DNA from: Reclinomonas americana ATCC 50394
Lineage: Eukaryota
Reading direction: 5' to 3'
DNA length: 26,546 nucleotides
Assembly (NCBI GenBank): GCA_048213135.1
Contig: PS015106.1
Span: forward strand, 89,192-115,737
The notes under the pieces are model-generated. The model searched no databases. It had not been told where the DNA came from and saw only the letters and a program-made list of their open reading frames with translations. A program made the translations under genes and the position numbers. This document shows, one piece after another, positions 21,489 to 26,546 of the stretch. Numbering within the stretch: the first letter of the stretch is position 1; each line of letters begins with the position of its first letter.

Positions 21489-23768
21489 ATGGCGAGCCAA
21501 GGCATCACAGAGCACTCCAACTCACTCAGCGCCAACATTGACTTGTGCAGCTCGCCACTGGTTCGCGAGACAGACGCATGCATTTTCCTCACGTTGCATC
21601 TCACACTCTCACAGGAGTTNNNNNNNNNNNNNNNNNNNNNNNNNNNNNNNNNNNNNNNNNNNNNNNNNNNNNNNNNNNNNNNNNNNNNNNNNNNNNNNNN
21701 NNNNNNNNNNNNNNNNNNNNNNNNNNNNNNNNNNNNNNNNNNNNNNNNNNNNNNNNNNNNNNNNNNNNNNNNNNNNNNNNNNNNNNNNNNNNNNNNNNNN
21801 NNNNNNNNNNNNNNNNNNNNNNNNNNNNNNNNNNNNNNNNNNNNNNNNNNNNNNNNNNNNNNNNNNNNNNNNNNNNNNNNNNNNNNNNNNNNNNNNNNNN
21901 NNNNNNNNTCTACCTTACCATTTGCGAATGGCAGGGCTGCTCGGTGCTCCTCGGCTTCAATCCGGTGGAGCTGTCGCGCAATGCGCCGATTGAGAAGTGG
22001 GATCGGTGCGTGTTTTGTGCTTGTCCTCTCTCCTCCGTCCTCGCCACTGACTTGATGGCGAGCAGCACCTTCCGTGATGTGGCGGTGGCATTCAATGCAC
22101 GCGCCGACGACCGGCATATTATGCTGACGCCGGTGGTCGGGCCCGAGGTAGGCCTGATTGATGGACATGCAGCAAAGCTGCACTCTTCTCATCACTATCA
22201 CGCTGCAGGGCATCACGGGCTCGACGAGAATGAAGGGCGGCTCCGGCACGAAACTGATTCTCGATGCAGCGTTTGGCGCTGCTCTGCAGACCGCACTGGC
22301 GGCGCCAGAAGACGGTGAGCAGTCACTCGCATCCGTGCTTCCTGATTTCTCCGACTGTGTCCCTCACTTCGCGCCGGCACTCGCAGTCGACGCGTCCATT
22401 CGCTCGTGGGTCGAGCGCATCTTGGACAGCACCGAGGCGGCGGTGGAGCGTCTCTACACCGAGTATGCCACCGATCTGGCGGCTGTCGTGCAGTTGGCAG
22501 CCAACTCGCTGGCACAGGGGGGCAGTGTGACGTACTTGGGTCAGGGCAGTTGCGTCTGCAGCAAGGAGGAATGTGCGGAGCTAACGACTCACATGCTTCT
22601 CTGCTGCAGATTTCGGTCTCCTCGGCTTTGTTGATGCCTCGGAGTGTCCGCCCACCTACGGCGCCGCATTCACCGACATTCGTGGATTCCTTCGCTATGG
22701 GTGGGATGAGATGCGCAACCAAGAGGTTCGCCTGATGTGCACCAGTCAGTTTGTGCTGCACCACCGCTCACTGACCATGGCGAACAGGGAAACCTGAGTG
22801 GCGTGGGTGCGCCGTACGAGATCTCACATGCAGACTTTTTCAGCAAGGTCGCGCCGCACCTGTCGTCGAAGGACCTGGTCGTCTTTTTGATGCAGACCAC
22901 AGAGGAGGTGGAGTACTACGCCGAGGTACGCCAGCGCATTGAGGCGGCTGTCGAGACGGCCGAACGACCTCGCATGGCGGCTCTGTGTGTGTACGACGCC
23001 GAGGTCGGTTTACGCCACGATAGTTGCTGCTTTCGTTGGTGACCGTCCCTCACGTATTCTGCAGGGACCACGAGTGCACATGGTCGATGTCGATGCGTGC
23101 ATCTCGGTGCCGGTGGCCTCCTCCGTCAAGACTGCTGCCGGTCGGTTCACTCCGGAGGCTGAGCTCTCGCTGAAACTGAGTCTGAATGCCATCACCACCG
23201 GTGCGTCTATCTTTTTGGTGGCTCAGGTTTATTGTCGATCCGTGAACTCACCCAGAGGGGTATCGTCATGGCTCACGATGTAGGTGCCCATGTGATGAAG
23301 GGCCTGGTGTTCGGCAATCGCATGATCAACGTCAAAGTCAGCAACAACAAGCTGTACCACCGCGCCATTTCCATCATTGCCACGGTATGCCGCGTTCCTC
23401 TGCTCTGGATCATCACGGAGATACTCATCCATTTCCTGTGCAGATTGCCAAGGTGTCAACCGAGGAAGCCACTCGTGCCTTGCATCGTTCGATTTACGAG
23501 GACATTGATCCGGAGCGCGACGTGTCCGTGTCGGAGCGCATCAGCGTGGCCGTGGAGAAGGAAAAGGTGAATGCAATGTGCTTATTGTGGGAGGTGAAGA
23601 GAGCGAAAGTCTGACTTTGCTGTTCTTCGTGTACAGGTCGTCCCCGTGGCGTTGCTGTTGGCGTTGCGTGGACGTGAGATCACGGCCAAGGACGCCATTC
23701 GCGCGCTGGCGGAGGAGCCTGTGGTGCGAGTGTGCATGCAAAAGTGGACCGAGTCCAAGGGTTCATGA
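21489..23768 (+). CDS. GCKR: Glucokinase regulatory protein-like / MurQ-related double-SIS-domain protein (interrupted by a gap)
   Basis: ITEHSNSLSANID; VLLGFNPVELSRNAPIEKWD; PVVGPE|GITGSTRMKGGSGTKLIL; GFVDASECPPTYGAAFTDIRGF; ELSLKLSLNAITT|GAHVMKGLVFGNRMINVKVSNNKLYHRA; EKVVPVALL; TGA at 23766-23768. The motif order matches vertebrate GKRP as I recall it; orthology is not tested. Confidence 0.85.
21620..21908. other. Assembly gap (289 N)
   Basis: Run of N inside the GCKR-like gene. Confidence 1.
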
Positions 23769-23797
23769 GCAGAGTACATTCAGATTTGATTTACGGT

Positions 23798-23823
23798 ACT
23801 GCTGCTGCTGTTGCTGTTGTTGC
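23798..23823 (+). repeat. Short (CTG/TTG)n microsatellite between two convergent stop codons
   Basis: ctgctgctgctgttgctgttgttgc. Confidence 0.7.
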
Positions 23824-23825
23824 CA

Positions 23826-26529
23826 CTAGCAAGTGCACTGGCTGAGTGGCACATTGAGCGGAGGCGTGTGACCGCAGCACGGAACGTAGTACGGATCTGT
23901 GGATCGAGAGTGTGAGTACGCAAGAGAAATGCCGAAACGATGGTCCACATCCCTGACCTTGCGGGTCGAGCTGCGGCTGGCCCTTGACAATGGTGGCCTG
24001 GTGAGCAGCCACGGCAGCTTTGATTTGCGCCATGATGTCGGGGTACTGCGACACGTCCAGCGGGTACGCCTCGCTCGGGTCGTGCTGTGCGGGACATGTC
24101 ACACTCCGATAAGAACCACGGTGCGCTGTGTGTGCAAACCTCAATGTTGTAGAGGAGAGGCGGGTCGTGCTTCTGCGGCGCATCCAGCGTGAACCCGTCG
24201 CGCGTGAAATAGTGCGCCTTCCACGGACCCACACGAGCAGCGTACAGGGTGTGCTCGCGCCAGTAGAAGAACTGATTGCTGACACCCTGCGCGAATGGTA
24301 AGAGAGCACCGTCAGTGCATGCAGAGCGTGCGGGAGTAATATGTGGCAAACGCAACTGGTCCATTGTGGAAGAGAATGTTGGAGAGGCTGTGGCCGTCGT
24401 AAACGCGGTCGGAGGGCGGTTTGGCACCTGGGCAACGGGAATGAGTGGGGAGCACAATTGTGGGGTGAGAAGTGGAGCGCTTGCTGCAGCGCACCAGCCA
24501 GCTCAGCAATCGTGACAAAGAGGTCCATGGTAGACGCCTGTGGACACATGCATGAGTAAGTATTTGCTCCCTGTGAACAAGCTCGTGCTGGCTTCATGCG
24601 AACCACTTCCATCGACAAAGTCATGGGTGCGATGCGGCCAGGCCAGCGCGCGATTGCAGGCTGTAGTAATATGAGTCAAAACGAGTGGACAGCGAGGCAC
24701 CAGACGCTACCGCGCAACTTCACGCATGCCACCCTCCCACGTGGAACCCTGCGAGTGTGACTGCGTTGGCGACGGCACGAGAAACAAGTGTGAATTGAGA
24801 CGTACCTTGCCGCCGCGGAAGAGGCCGCCGCTGCCGCCTTTTACTTCCTACGAGAGGAGTGTGTGAGGGTGCATGAGTGAGTGAACAAGCAGTGGGGTAT
24901 CGATGCAACAGCATCTGCAGCATGACGAGAGAGACCTGGTTGATCCACGGTCCGTTGTCTAGCAGCAAACACCAGTGAGATAAAAGTGAACAATACAGCG
25001 ACCCAGGGGAGACCATGCACCTGACGTGAAGAACACAAACGTGTTGTCGTCGAGGCCAAGACTCTTCAGGCGCTGCATGATCATGCCTGCACCTCCCACA
25101 TGAGATGCCCAGCCCATAGTACCAACAAAATGAAGGCACGTACCAATCGAGTTGTCCATCTCCTCCATGGCGTCGCCAAAGAGACCACTGCATGACGTAG
25201 CAAAAGATCAGCAAGCAGGGTGATACAGCCACTGAGGGAAAAAGTACACAAACAGACCGGCGCGACACATTCTTGAATTGATCACTGGCAAACAGATCCA
25301 CATGCACCTCTGTCGCTCACATGTCAGCGAGCGGAGTAGAATTAGAGGCAGAAAACATCGCTTACCGTCGTACGCCATGTACAAGAAGAACGGCTTGTTC
25401 TGGTTGTGCGAGATGAACTCAAAGGCACGAGCATTGTATCTATGACAGAATGGTCGTGATGACAAACATGCGAGCGGAAAAGCAGCGATGTCGAGGGTGA
25501 CGCTTTACCGTGGAGTCAGCGTGTCGAGGTCCACCGGCTACACCGAGAGGAGTGAGTACGAGAGAGGACAAGAGATAGCCGGAGTGGCAGCGTCACCTGC
25601 TGGATGATGGTGTTGTTCTCCATCTGCACGCGCAATCCAGAACTTGAGTGAATGAGCGTGAATGCACACGATAAGCAGAGCAACTCACCAGCGGAACACC
25701 CTGTGTGGAGTGCAACATGCAGCAAGTGAGTGAGTCAGTGAAAGCAAGGGAGGCGCATGAATTGCAAACACGCACAGGCCCTGTTTGCAGAGAAATGGAG
25801 TCAGTGAGAGGGGAGAGAGAACAGCTCGGGAACACAACCAACGCACAAATGTTCTGCCACTCCTGCAAGCACGACCAACAAACAAGCTCGTGAGTGCCAT
25901 AATTGCGGCAGCAAATGGCTGAGCAGGGGCACGCAACGTGGCAGGGGTACGGCGGGCATCCTTCGTCCTGTGAGTATGGCCTGCGCACGGAAAAAATGTA
26001 AATCGCTCCTCCACTCCATGCGTGCATTCCACGGACGCAACAGGCCCTGCACGACAGCGTGTGAGACAATGTACGTATCACACGCGATTCGCGGCACGCA
26101 CGTAAAAGTAGTCGAAACCATGGTCCGTGGGGCGGAAACCGGGGAGATGTCTTCATTGAGAGTGGAGTGAGAAGTTATCGGCTCACTGCACCGCTTTGCA
26201 CAAAACGCACCCCAGATGCCACTTGCCGATCAGACTGTATGGATGTACACCGAGGCGTGTCAGCGGAGAAACAAGCTCTGAACAGCGAGGCACGAAGAAA
26301 CAAACCCCGTCTGATAACCCGACGACTTGAGCAGCGACGCAATGGTGACCTCCGAGGGCGGCAACCCGCCCGTCGACGACGGGTAGAACACACGGAACAC
26401 ATTGTCGGCAGGCCAGTCATCCGCCGTGTACACACCGTTGCGCTACCGGGGGGAGAGCGTGAGCGAGCAGTCACGCGAAGAGAAGCCACAAGAAAAACGC
26501 AACAATCGGCAGTCGGCCCGTCATCAGTG
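23826..26529 (-). CDS. Arylsulfatase (formylglycine-dependent sulfatase, ARSA/ARSG/GALNS-like), about 21 introns; 5' end beyond the right edge of the window
   Basis: Spliced protein: ALMTGRLPI|RNGVY...GLPPSEVTIASLLKSSGYQTG|LIGKWHLG|H...HGFDYFY|GL|PYS...KPFFLYMAY...EMDNSIG...NTFVFFTS|DNGPW...GGK|GSTWEGGMRE|PAIARWPG...STMDLFVT...DPSE...PCCG...CTC-TAG (23826). The CxPxR motif lies outside the window. Confidence 0.95.
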
Positions 26530-26546
26530 CTGCGGAGTATCATGTT

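Noticed and set aside
10025-26529. Functional gene cluster (haem, sulfatase, GKRP, palmitoyltransferase)
   Set aside because: The functions are unrelated and orientations are mixed. Adjacency is explained by genome compaction.
1-26546. The many overlapping six-frame ORFs (e.g. 4426-5400 +, 9063-9710 +, 11656-12408 -, 18697-19491 +) as independent genes
   Set aside because: They are antisense or off-frame shadows of spliced genes in GC-rich DNA and show no recognisable motifs.
1-26546. Alternative genetic code or stop-codon readthrough as the cause of ORF fragmentation
   Set aside because: All interruptions resolve as introns. TAA (CPOX, DHHC), TAG (BTB, sulfatase) and TGA (AMMECR1, SmD2, GCKR) all act as terminal stops.
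1-26546. U12-type (minor) introns as the explanation for the odd donors
   Set aside because: No (G/A)TATCCTT donors or AT-AC ends were seen. The introns end in YAG or occasionally AAG, with CTGAC/CTCAC-like branch motifs.
1-26546. Introner-type mobile introns
   Set aside because: Beyond the first 6-7 nt, the introns share no evident sequence, terminal inverted repeats or target-site duplications by eye.

Overview
Eukaryotic, GC-rich, very gene-dense DNA with about 100 short spliceosomal introns (mostly 55-80 nt) and three N gaps. It is probably from a unicellular protist, but the organism cannot be identified from this window. Manual splicing supports ten genes: (1) a giant minus-strand armadillo-repeat gene (38 introns, at least 2461 aa, running off the left edge), (2) AMMECR1, (3) coproporphyrinogen III oxidase, (4) a TPR protein, (5) the last exon of SmD2, (6) a DHHC palmitoyltransferase, (7) a BTB-BACK protein, (8) a Lys/His/Pro-rich protein, (9) a glucokinase-regulatory-protein/MurQ-like double-SIS protein, and (10) an arylsulfatase running off the right edge. 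No mobile elements, RNA genes or CRISPR arrays were seen. The most unusual signals are in the splicing architecture. About 20 introns in 8 genes use a register-shifted donor GTTGCGT that lacks the near-universal +5G. The sulfatase has a microexon cluster with two identical 5-nt exons (GGCCT). The ARM gene has one repeat per symmetric phase-1 exon (123/126 nt). All gene models are by-eye inferences without transcript data.
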